DNA of 57,628 nucleotides. It comes from an uncultured virus (IMG/VR IMGVR_UViG_3300028833_000090). Taxonomy: Duplodnaviria > Heunggongvirae > Uroviricota > Caudoviricetes. The first letter of the stretch is position 1. Every line of letters begins with the position of its first letter. The notes below the pieces were generated by a model that was given only the letters and a program-made list of their open reading frames with translations, searched no databases and had not been told where the DNA came from. The stretch lies in the IMG/VR virus record IMGVR_UViG_3300028833_000090. The stretch is one strand, 5' to 3'. Shown piece by piece: positions 49,243-57,628 of the stretch. The position numbers were made by a program, and so were the translations under genes.

Positions 49243-49701
49243 GTGAGAAAACAGATTCAGTTTAGTGATGTAGATGAGAGGTGTTTCTATTTCTACAATT
49301 CTGATATTCTCAGTAAACTCAGTAAGGTTTATAAGCTAGAGTTGAATGAGAATCAGGTGAAATCTCTGTGTCGTGGAATAAATTACACTTCTACTTTGGT
49401 AGAGAATCATGAGGGTGATTTTTACCTTGTTCAATTCTCTGATGAATATCTCAAGCAGAATGGAATAGGTACGAGGAGCACAGATAATTGTTACTATCAA
49501 ACAGATGATGAAAGTAGTACTAATTATTTTAATCCGAAATCAGAATGGAATGATTATGTTAAGGAGTATCTTAAATACGAAGATTTCGGATATAATAAAT
49601 TGATCTCAGAAAGTATATCTGAGCATAATCAAATCTGGTTTATTAGCTCTAGTACTATGAAAAAATTAGGATTCAAAAGAGAATTTAAATTGGACGAATA
49701 A
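49243..49701 (+). CDS. Paralog family 3
   Basis: DILSKLSKVYKL, DFYLVQ, EWNDYV, NQIWFI; GTG start. Confidence 0.75.
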   Translation: MRKQIQFSDVDERCFYFYNSDILSKLSKVYKLELNENQVKSLCRGINYTSTLVENHEGDFYLVQFSDEYLKQNGIGTRSTDNCYYQTDDESSTNYFNPKSEWNDYVKEYLKYEDFGYNKLISESISEHNQIWFISSSTMKKLGFKREFKLDE

Positions 49702-49702
49702 A

Positions 49703-50215
49703 ATGGCAAGAGAAAAATTAAACTTTGAATCGTACGGTGATACGATTCTTCTTGAGCATGAGGAGTTAATTACTTCAAATGTTTCCGAGGTATACAAACT
49801 TTCTCTACCTGAGGAGAAAAAGCGAAAGCTAGTTGAAAAGTACGTTAAAAGTCTGAACAGAATCTACGGTTTTTACACGCTTGATCAACAGGTTGAATTC
49901 GCCATGAATGATGACTTATACCTAATAAAGTATAATGAAAAGTTCCTCAGAGAGGAGGAAGAAAAGTCCAGGAATTATATGTACCCTGCCTATCTCATTG
50001 GTGATAGCTGTCTTGAGGACATGATTCGCAGCATGAGTTTCGTTAGCAACTGGAGTGATTGCCTCAAGGACTTACTCGAACGTGAGGGGATTTGCGATAA
50101 AAGAGGCAGTTTGATTTCTAGGTCTAATAATCTGAAGAATCAGATCTGGTTACTTCCACCTGAGATGGTGTTTTTTGAGTCAGAAGATTCCGATGATATT
50201 TTTGAAGAGGAATAA
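49703..50215 (+). CDS. Paralog family 3
   Basis: ITSNVSEVYKL, DLYLIK, NWSDCL, NQIWLL. Confidence 0.75.
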   Translation: MAREKLNFESYGDTILLEHEELITSNVSEVYKLSLPEEKKRKLVEKYVKSLNRIYGFYTLDQQVEFAMNDDLYLIKYNEKFLREEEEKSRNYMYPAYLIGDSCLEDMIRSMSFVSNWSDCLKDLLEREGICDKRGSLISRSNNLKNQIWLLPPEMVFFESEDSDDIFEEE

Positions 50216-50223
50216 ACGATAAA

Positions 50224-50708
50224 ATGAAAAAGATAATTTTCGAAATAGATTAGATGACGAGCCTTCTGTTTTAATTTTTAAAGGCAGTGAAATTATTACG
50301 AAGGCTTGTGATGTTTACGTTCCATCCTTAACAGAAGAGCAAAAAGCTAAACATTATCTTCGTTGGCTTCACAGAGAGGGTGCTAACTATAATCCAAAAA
50401 CAATAGAAGAATTGGATGAGGATGATAGAGAATTTTATGAAGAATCTAATTTCTACGTTTTTAGGATAAAGCCGGAAGTCAGAAAAATCATTAACGAGCA
50501 GGAAGATGAAGATAACCCACGTTATATTTATTGGCTTAATGAGGATAATGACGAACTAGTGACAATAAAGAATTTTTCTGATTTATTAGATTCAGTGGAG
50601 CTCTACTTAACACTTATAGATTCAGACGGTGGGTCTTATCAAGTTTCAGAGAATGAAACAACTCTAGTAATTATTACAACCTTAAATTGGGATCATGACT
50701 GCGAGTAA
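50224..50708 (+). pseudogene. Paralog family 3 member with a frameshift near its start
   Basis: ATG 50224 reads MKKIIFEID*; the -1 frame continues NRLDDEPSVLIFKGSEIITKACDVYV... into ORF 50412..50708. Confidence 0.6.
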
Positions 50709-50895
50709 TGTAAAAGACGAAAACGATTTCCCAGAAATGTCTATTAGCATGCCAGAGGAACCTAATGATAAGATTGATAAAGAAGCTTGGGTAAACTACT
50801 ACCTAGAACTTCGATCAGTATTTTATCAGGTAAAAGACTATAAAGAAAGAATGTTAGCCTTTTATGAGAGGAAAAGAGAATCGGCTGCTGAGTAA
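50695..50895 (+). CDS. Small hypothetical protein
   Basis: 66-aa ORF followed by a terminator. Confidence 0.6.
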   Translation: MTASNVKDENDFPEMSISMPEEPNDKIDKEAWVNYYLELRSVFYQVKDYKERMLAFYERKRESAAE

Positions 50896-51065
50896 TAGAA
50901 AATAATATCTATAAAAATAACAGGAATTTAAATTCCTGTTATTTTTTTTTTATTCCCTTTATTGGACTAATTTATCTCTCAAAACAACAAAAAAGCATAT
51001 AAAATCCTCTTTATAATCTTAGAGATGTAATAATAAAAGAAATATTAACATAAAATTCATTAAAA

Positions 51066-51332
51066 ATGAAACCAATTAAGGATAAAATTCTTGTGAGGGA
51101 GCTCGATCCGACTAGCTACAAACAAAAAGTCGGTAATATTATGATTGATGTAGATCCGGGTTGTAAAGATTATGTTACAGCGGAAGTTGTAGCATTTGGG
51201 GATGAGGTAAAAGAGTTGAGGGTAGGTGATAAATTGTTTATCTATCCAAATTCTGGTAAGCTTATTCGTGATCCGGAAACTAATCAAGAAATGAGAGTTA
51301 TTACTACACTAGAAGTAATAACAGTATTGTAA
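51066..51332 (+). CDS. groES: Co-chaperonin GroES
   Basis: MKPIKDKILV, AEVVAFG, LRVGDK; directly upstream of groEL. Confidence 0.9.
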   Translation: MKPIKDKILVRELDPTSYKQKVGNIMIDVDPGCKDYVTAEVVAFGDEVKELRVGDKLFIYPNSGKLIRDPETNQEMRVITTLEVITVL

Positions 51333-51365
51333 TAATAAAAATAAAAAAAAACATAAATTATAGAT

Positions 51366-53999
51366 ATGGCAAAGATTGTTATAAAAGGTGAAGACGCTAG
51401 GAAAAAAATTATTGAAGGCGTTATTGAAGCTTCAGATGCAATTATCACAACTCTAGGACCTGCTGGTAAATTCGTAGCTATAGAGAATAACATGATTGGT
51501 CCGGAAATTTCTCGTGATGGTGCAACTGTAGCTAAGTCTATTTCGTTCAAGGATGGAGCTAAGAATTCAGGTGCTTTTCTAGTTCGTAAAGCAGCTTCTT
51601 TGACTGAGGATCAAGTGGGCGATGGACCACAACCGCTTTGGGCAAAAATACTGACTCCTGATGGTTGGATTACTATGGGAGAGGTTAAAGTTGGTGATAA
51701 AATTTGTGGAACGAATGGATCTATTCAAGAAGTTATCGGTGTATTCGATAAAGGTGAGAAAGAAATTTACAAAGTCCATTTTGCTAATGGACAAGTTGTG
51801 GAATGTAGCCTTGATCATCTTTGGACTGTTACTACAAATAATGATACAAAGAAAACATTAACCCTGAACGATATAATAAATGAGGGTATCACTAAACCTA
51901 ATAGAGATGGAGGCAGACTTTTTAAGTTTTATACTCCCAAAACTGAGGTTGAGTTTTCTAAGAAAGATCTATTAATTGATCCATACCTATTAGGTCTCCT
52001 AATAGGGGATGGTAGTCTCAGTAGCTCTGGTAGTATTGAATTGTCACTTGGGTATAAAAAACTAGGTGTTTTAGATAACATCGTCCTCCCAGAAAATATT
52101 CAATACTCAAGCAAAGATTTTCCGGATAGAAATTACGTAAGAGTAAAGTTTAGTAGGATAAATAAAGAAAAGAGAGATCAGGATATGCATGTTTACTTGG
52201 ATAAACTTGGACTTCTGGATAAAAAAAGTGATTCAAAATTTATCCCTAAACAATACCTCTACTCTTCAAAAGAAGACAGAATAAATCTCTTATCTGGATT
52301 GATGAGCACTGACGGTTATCTTAATAATAGGGGGTTATATGAATACTCAACAGTTAGTAAACAATTAGCTGATGATCTAGTAGAGTTAATGAATAGTCTC
52401 GGAATGACTGTATCTGTTCGAGTACATACGAGAGAGAATGATCCGGATTCTTATTCAAAAAAAGATATTTACAGGATAACTCAGCTAGTTGGGTACAAGA
52501 ACGGTACTAAAATTACTGGAATTGAGAAAACTGGTGTTATAGCTGAGACGCGTTGTATTAAGGTAAGCAATGATGATGAGTTATATATAACAAATGATTA
52601 TATAGTAACTCATAATACTTCAACTTCTGCGTGTCTCATCAAGGAATTCTGTTCAAAAGGTGAGAGAGAAATTAGCAAGGGTCATAATGTATCAGAGGTT
52701 AAGTCTGGTATGATCAAGGCTAGTGAATGGGTTAAGAATTTCATTAAAGAGAATTCTATTGAAGTTGGTGATGATCTTGAAAAGATTCGTCGTGTAGCTA
52801 CTATTTCTGCTAATAATGATCCAGAAGTTGGTGATCTCATTGTAGAATCAATGAAGAAAGTTGGTATTGATGGTGTAATTACAGCAGAACTCTGTTCAGG
52901 TCTTGAAACTGAGGTAGAAATTACTGAAGGTATGAAGATTGAAAGAGGTTGGGCTTCACCTGAGTACGCAACCGAGAAGGGTGATGGTAAATGTATTATG
53001 GAGGATTGTTTCATTTTCATTGTCGGAACAAGACTCTCTAATGTAAATCAGCTAATCCCTTTCCTTGAACTTATTCAGAAAGAGGGTGGTAATAAGCCGT
53101 TCCTATTGATTTGTGATGGTATTGATGATGTAGTTAATTCTACGTTGCTCATTAACACAATGAGGGGTGCACTCCGTTGCTGCGTAGTAAAGGATATTGA
53201 TTTTGGTGATGGAAGAAAGAACCAGATGCAAGATATTGCTACAAAGGTAGGAGCTACATATTTCTGTCCAGAAAATGGAAAGGATATTTCAAATGTAGAG
53301 TTTGAAGATCTAGGTCACGCTAATAAAGTAGTAATCTCTAGAGATACAACTATTATTTATGAAGGTGATGGTGATCCAGAGGAAATTAAAGCTCGTGCTG
53401 AAATTCTCAGAAAGAATCTAGAAGATCCTAATAGAACTCAATATGATAAGACTAAGTTTTCTAAGAGACTTGCTAACTTGACTAATGGTATCGCGGTTAT
53501 TAGAGCCGGTGGTGCTACAGAAGTTGAAAAGTGTAATAGAAAAGCTACAATAGAGGATGCTATTTTGGCATCTAAATCCGCTATTTCTGAAGGTTGTGTA
53601 CCTGGTGGTGGTTATATTTATTATAAAGCCGCACAGGCGATCATGAAGGATAAGAAGTGGTGGAAAGATTTGGAAGGTGATGAAGTTACTGGTGCTGAGA
53701 TCGTTGTAGAGTCCCTTCCTTCAATTCTAAGAACCGTTGCTGAAAATGCTGGTATGCCGGGTGATGTGATCGTCGAATGGTCTGAAATTAAGCCTAAGGT
53801 ATTTATGAATAATATGGGCTTTAATGCTAAGACTCGTAAGTGGTCTGATTTGCTTGAAGATGGCGTACTTGATAGTGCAAAGGTTGCACGTGTTGCTCTT
53901 GAGAACTCAATCTCGACAGCTTCTATGATTCTTGCCACAGATTGTATAATCTTGGAAGATGAAGATGACAAGAAAGCTGCTAATCCGTTGGGTGTATAG
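51366..53999 (+). CDS. groEL: Chaperonin GroEL, intein-containing (547 aa after splicing)
   Basis: TLGPAG, DGATVAK, GDG|TSTS, VATISANND, EGMKIERG, FGDGRK, GGATEVE, EGCVPGGG, GVLDSAKV. Confidence 0.97.
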   Translation: MAKIVIKGEDARKKIIEGVIEASDAIITTLGPAGKFVAIENNMIGPEISRDGATVAKSISFKDGAKNSGAFLVRKAASLTEDQVGDGPQPLWAKILTPDGWITMGEVKVGDKICGTNGSIQEVIGVFDKGEKEIYKVHFANGQVVECSLDHLWTVTTNNDTKKTLTLNDIINEGITKPNRDGGRLFKFYTPKTEVEFSKKDLLIDPYLLGLLIGDGSLSSSGSIELSLGYKKLGVLDNIVLPENIQYSSKDFPDRNYVRVKFSRINKEKRDQDMHVYLDKLGLLDKKSDSKFIPKQYLYSSKEDRINLLSGLMSTDGYLNNRGLYEYSTVSKQLADDLVELMNSLGMTVSVRVHTRENDPDSYSKKDIYRITQLVGYKNGTKITGIEKTGVIAETRCIKVSNDDELYITNDYIVTHNTSTSACLIKEFCSKGEREISKGHNVSEVKSGMIKASEWVKNFIKENSIEVGDDLEKIRRVATISANNDPEVGDLIVESMKKVGIDGVITAELCSGLETEVEITEGMKIERGWASPEYATEKGDGKCIMEDCFIFIVGTRLSNVNQLIPFLELIQKEGGNKPFLLICDGIDDVVNSTLLINTMRGALRCCVVKDIDFGDGRKNQMQDIATKVGATYFCPENGKDISNVEFEDLGHANKVVISRDTTIIYEGDGDPEEIKARAEILRKNLEDPNRTQYDKTKFSKRLANLTNGIAVIRAGGATEVEKCNRKATIEDAILASKSAISEGCVPGGGYIYYKAAQAIMKDKKWWKDLEGDEVTGAEIVVESLPSILRTVAENAGMPGDVIVEWSEIKPKVFMNNMGFNAKTRKWSDLLEDGVLDSAKVARVALENSISTASMILATDCIILEDEDDKKAANPLGV
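51627..52616 (+). mobile_element. Class 3 intein with LAGLIDADG homing endonuclease (330 aa)
   Basis: Starts PQPL (no Cys/Ser1); block B DHLW, block F TRCI, block G VTHN/T give the WCT triad; LLGLLIGDG and LSGLMSTDG endonuclease motifs. Confidence 0.9.
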
Positions 54000-54036
54000 T
54001 TTATAATTAATTAATGTGAGTGAATAGTAGTAAATC

Positions 54037-54070
54037 AAGGAGAGCTCTAGTGATAGGACTCTCCTTTTTT
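54037..54070 (+). terminator. Intrinsic terminator after groEL
   Basis: AAGGAGAG..CTCTCCTT + T-tract. Confidence 0.7.
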
Positions 54071-54083
54071 AATTTAAGTTAAC

Positions 54084-54806
54084 ATGGCTAATAAAAACAA
54101 TAACCTTAAAGACGAAATCAAAGATAGAAATACGCCCCGTAACGGACAACGTAGGTATCATAATCATAGTCACAGAGAGGATAAACAAAGTGAGATTGAT
54201 AAAGCTTTAGACTATATTGGTGCATCTGATGGTGTTACTTTCTTGGCTAATGGATCTCCTGATGGTTCAGATAAAGTGTCCGAGGAGGATTTTGAAAACA
54301 TCCTTAAAAAGATGCTAGCAGCTGAGTCCAATAAACAAAAACAGAAAAATAATCCTCCTAAAAATACTACAAGTGGGCTAATTGAGAGTCTTCCGTTTGG
54401 TTGTAATCCTTTTAATAGTAGTTTTACGTCAGCTAACTTTAATCCCTTCAACAGCATTTGTGATGATGAAGAGGATGAATTTAACGATGAGTTGACGGAA
54501 GTGCTAGGTGAGATTTTAGGTGATGATTATGAAGATTCTTGTCCTGTTGAGTCAGTTTATAAAGCGATGATGCAGACAAGACCACTTGGGATTGATTGGG
54601 AAAAAGATAAAGTTATCGATTTTCTCAAGAAGAATGGCTATGAAATTCACCAGAAAATCAGTAAAATTGATGGAAGTGAATTTACTGTAGCATATAAAGA
54701 AGGAGTAACTGATCCTATTGAAGAACTAAGTATGACTAATCTAAGTAAAGAATTTTCCAGAACTATACAGGATATTATACTTGGTTGGTTAATGAAAATA
54801 AGATAG
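54084..54806 (+). CDS. Hypothetical protein
   Basis: 240-aa ORF, disordered N-terminus. Confidence 0.75.
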   Translation: MANKNNNLKDEIKDRNTPRNGQRRYHNHSHREDKQSEIDKALDYIGASDGVTFLANGSPDGSDKVSEEDFENILKKMLAAESNKQKQKNNPPKNTTSGLIESLPFGCNPFNSSFTSANFNPFNSICDDEEDEFNDELTEVLGEILGDDYEDSCPVESVYKAMMQTRPLGIDWEKDKVIDFLKKNGYEIHQKISKIDGSEFTVAYKEGVTDPIEELSMTNLSKEFSRTIQDIILGWLMKIR

Positions 54807-54813
54807 CATAACC

Positions 54814-55200
54814 ATGGAGAGTCATTTAGTTAAAACAAAAAACGATACTGACTATCCTGATTATGTTATGTCTGTTTGCAGCACGTTGAGAGATGCATAC
54901 GGTTTTTCTGCCAGAATTACTGATTTGTGGAGTATGTTACTAACCGTATTATCTCTTGATGAATTTGAATTAATGGACTATAGGTTGAATCAGAATGGTA
55001 AATTCTATTCATATTTATTGGATAGTTGTATTCAATGGAGAGAAGGAAAGCCAGTTGATTTTCGAGATATATATGATGCCATTTTAGTAAATGGTGATTT
55101 CTCTAAAAGTGAGAAATCATTGTTTGAAGGTTGCGATATTTTAGATATATTATGGGCGATTTTTATTGTTGTAAATAACCCAGGAATTAATTTTAATTAA
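54814..55200 (+). CDS. Hypothetical protein
   Basis: 128-aa ORF in operon. Confidence 0.75.
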   Translation: MESHLVKTKNDTDYPDYVMSVCSTLRDAYGFSARITDLWSMLLTVLSLDEFELMDYRLNQNGKFYSYLLDSCIQWREGKPVDFRDIYDAILVNGDFSKSEKSLFEGCDILDILWAIFIVVNNPGINFN

Positions 55201-55202
55201 AA

Positions 55203-55820
55203 ATGATAGAAGTAAGTTTATATGCAATTGAGCCGGATGATCATTATGCAAAGACCGGTAGATGTGTTGCCCGTAATAGATTCGATAAAGAAGCAATGGG
55301 CACTAGTGTAGAGGAATTTGTCAGAGGATTCCTTAAAGATAATTTTGAAAGATTTAGTAGTGATGGTAGGAATATCAATTCTATTCTAGAAGAAAATAAA
55401 TTCTTGAGTCGTATGGACTTGGCTTGTATTAATAATCTTCTTATCGGAATTGGTTATACTTTCATTATTACAACAGTAGCTGATGACGAGGAAAACCCAA
55501 CAGGAGTACCGACAGGTGATATTGTTGAATGGAATATTATAAATACGAATAACCTTCAGGACGATTACCCTGTAGCTACCAAGATTATTCCAAGTCTTCC
55601 TCAAGATTTCATCGAAATCTTTGATCAGATAATTGGTAATTGTGGTTTCTATAATGAAGATAAGTTCTCTGGCGTGAAGAATCCATTCTCATCACAGATG
55701 AATGTACTTAAGAGTACGAAAGAGAAGACTGGTGCTACAAGTGAGTCTGCAGTTTCTAAAATTTATAGACTACTTGAAGAGCATGGTATTCGAATTTTCG
55801 TAGCAACTTCAGAAGATTAA
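55203..55820 (+). CDS. Hypothetical protein
   Basis: 205-aa ORF in operon. Confidence 0.75.
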   Translation: MIEVSLYAIEPDDHYAKTGRCVARNRFDKEAMGTSVEEFVRGFLKDNFERFSSDGRNINSILEENKFLSRMDLACINNLLIGIGYTFIITTVADDEENPTGVPTGDIVEWNIINTNNLQDDYPVATKIIPSLPQDFIEIFDQIIGNCGFYNEDKFSGVKNPFSSQMNVLKSTKEKTGATSESAVSKIYRLLEEHGIRIFVATSED

Positions 55821-55833
55821 AAACACATTTGAT

Positions 55834-56277
55834 ATGACAAAATTACAAGAAGATATTCTCAATATTTATAATACTCTTGTTATATTTAACAAAGATACTA
55901 TAGTAAATCCATTTCCTATCCCAATTAGGGTAAGATTTGATAAAGAAAGTAGTTTCTTGGTTTATGAACAAAGAGGAAATATTGCGAATCTCTTTCAACC
56001 AATCTATTACTGTCATGATTTAAATAAGATTAAACCAACATTATTACTACCAAATGATTATGATTTGTTAATGTATAACCTCAAAGCCGCTATTGATTCA
56101 GGTAAATTGTTAGAGGATAGAACTACTTTAACACCAACTGAATTTGGTTTTGATATATACTCAACAGATCAGAAAGAACTTTATAAAGGACCAAAATTGA
56201 TCTCTTCATGTAAGTTTATTTCTAGTAATAATTGGTTGTTTAGGCTTATTTCAAGAATGCGAGGATTGGATAAATAA
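55834..56277 (+). CDS. Hypothetical protein
   Basis: 147-aa ORF in operon. Confidence 0.75.
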   Translation: MTKLQEDILNIYNTLVIFNKDTIVNPFPIPIRVRFDKESSFLVYEQRGNIANLFQPIYYCHDLNKIKPTLLLPNDYDLLMYNLKAAIDSGKLLEDRTTLTPTEFGFDIYSTDQKELYKGPKLISSCKFISSNNWLFRLISRMRGLDK

Positions 56278-56298
56278 AAAAAATACAAAAATTAAATT

Positions 56299-56790
56299 AT
56301 GGTTGACAAGAATGATTATTTCGTATTGAGTGATGGTTCTAACGTCAATTCCGTTATTGTAAAAGTAATTAATAAGTCCAATAACCCTCTGCCTCAGTAT
56401 AAAACAACTGGGGCAGCAGGCATGGATATAATGGCTTATATACCTGACGGAGATTACGTTATAATCAAACCTCAAGAAACAAAATTGATCCTTACAGGTC
56501 TCTTCATTGCACTCCCCTCTGGTTGGGAAGCACAAGTTAGATCTAGAAGCGGATTAGCTGCAATGGATAACGTATTTGTTCTCAATTCACCTGGAACTAT
56601 TGATTCAGATTATAGAGGAGAAATAAAAGTTATTCTAACTAATCTTGGTACAGATGATTTTATCATCCATTCCGGTGATAGAATAGCTCAACTCGTGTTG
56701 AACAGAGTTACCAAAATTATGTTTAAAGAAGTTACTAATCTAGATAACACAGAACGCGGTGATGGAGGTTTTGGATCAACAGGCATATAA
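56299..56790 (+). CDS. dut: Trimeric dUTPase
   Basis: AAGMDI, RSRSGLA, GTIDSDYRGE, DRIAQL, RGDGGFGSTG. Confidence 0.97.
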   Translation: MVDKNDYFVLSDGSNVNSVIVKVINKSNNPLPQYKTTGAAGMDIMAYIPDGDYVIIKPQETKLILTGLFIALPSGWEAQVRSRSGLAAMDNVFVLNSPGTIDSDYRGEIKVILTNLGTDDFIIHSGDRIAQLVLNRVTKIMFKEVTNLDNTERGDGGFGSTGI

Positions 56791-57175
56791 AAAAATTCCA
56801 ACAAATGACCCTATAATAAAAGCTATTACAGAGTCTACTGCTGGTTTTAAAAATGTATCACTAAAGTTTCTAGAATCAAAGAAGAGAAGCAGTCGTTATG
56901 GAGATTGGATTGAGTATAATCTTGTACTTGATTGCTTTTTAGCTTCTGACACAAGTGTTTGTATTTTAAATCGTTTTTTAGAAATTGTAGAATTTTTGAA
57001 GAAGTTATCTGATTTAAAATTAAGTAGTGTTGGAATTCAGGAAACAAAATGTGATGAACCCAATCATCTTTACTTCGGGATATATGTAATAAAAGATGTT
57101 GGGAATTTGAGAAATATCCCGGAATATGATATGACAAAAGAAATTATTAATCTTATAGAAAACGACGAATTATAA
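56759..57175 (+). CDS. Hypothetical protein
   Basis: 138-aa ORF bridging dut and the actin-like gene. Confidence 0.65.
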   Translation: MMEVLDQQAYKKIPTNDPIIKAITESTAGFKNVSLKFLESKKRSSRYGDWIEYNLVLDCFLASDTSVCILNRFLEIVEFLKKLSDLKLSSVGIQETKCDEPNHLYFGIYVIKDVGNLRNIPEYDMTKEIINLIENDEL

Positions 57176-57628
57176 TGAAATTACTAGCAATCGATTTAGG
57201 GTATTCTTCTGTAAAGGTAGCTTATCATAATGAAACTGGAGCACTACAATTTGAAAAGTATATTAGTGCCTTAGCTAAAATTCAGGACCCTATGGAAGCT
57301 GATGATGACGTATTGTTCAGATTAGGGGCAGATTTTTATATTCTTGGAACTCCAGCATTGAAGGTTCCTCGTTCTTGCCTCCTTCGTCTGGATGATTTTG
57401 AATCAATGAAAGTTGCATATCCTGTTTGGATATCTTATCTACTAACTAAATATAGTAGAGAAGGTTTGACATTCGATAAAGTAGTAATTGGATTGTCAAT
57501 GGCTTTTAAAGACAGAACAGATGAATTGTTGACTTACTTATGTGAAACTTTAGGTAAGCAAAAAGAAGACGGATTCTTCATATGCCTACCTCAAGGTCTT
57601 TCTTGTAAGTTGGCATATTCAGAATGTG
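57175..57628 (+). CDS. ParM/StbA-like actin-family ATPase (runs off window end; not in ORF track)
   Basis: MKLLAIDLGYSSVKV phosphate-1 motif, VVIGLS, LPQG connect-1. Confidence 0.75.
   Translation, partial: MKLLAIDLGYSSVKVAYHNETGALQFEKYISALAKIQDPMEADDDVLFRLGADFYILGTPALKVPRSCLLRLDDFESMKVAYPVWISYLLTKYSREGLTFDKVVIGLSMAFKDRTDELLTYLCETLGKQKEDGFFICLPQGLSCKLAYSEC

Noticed and set aside
2292..57137. Many short antisense/overlapping ORFs in the track (e.g. 15745..16251, 13697..14128, 52682..53020, 53621..53971)
   Set aside because: They are shadows of longer motif-bearing genes on the opposite strand or frame, with no start context.
1..57628. CRISPR array or cas genes
   Set aside because: No regularly spaced direct repeats with unique spacers; the recurring elements are dispersed gene leaders.
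1..57628. Stop-codon reassignment (TAG/TGA recoding seen in some gut phages)
   Set aside because: Conserved genes (ligA, rtcB, groEL, dut) are full length in code 11, and TAG ends rtcB and groEL at the expected positions.

Overview
AT-rich segment of a large (jumbo-type) dsDNA bacteriophage genome, read in the standard code. Gene starts are A-rich and lack Shine-Dalgarno motifs, which suggests a Bacteroidota host (inference). The left end (0.3-10.4 kb) is a replication/recombination block: type II topoisomerase A subunit, SSB-like protein, 5'-3' exonuclease, SWIM protein, fused Mre11-Rad50 (SbcD-SbcC) and NAD-dependent ligase. The right end (51-57.6 kb) carries GroES, GroEL interrupted by a class 3 LAGLIDADG intein, dUTPase and a ParM-like actin. 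The middle is an accessory region of promoter-gene-terminator cassettes with RtcB, a metallophosphoesterase, a PNK-like kinase, a Rho-like ATPase, an SF2-like helicase, a GIY-YIG protein and paralog families. The most striking signals are non-coding. (1) A circularly permuted tRNA-Phe(GAA), split in the D-loop and clamped by a 14-bp stem. (2) About 13 copies of a promoter + covarying RNA hairpin + U-tract + conserved box leader. (3) Three large ORF-free structured RNAs (about 210, 450 and 580 nt), two of which share a 21/24-nt motif. All calls come from motif reading by eye; no database searches were run.
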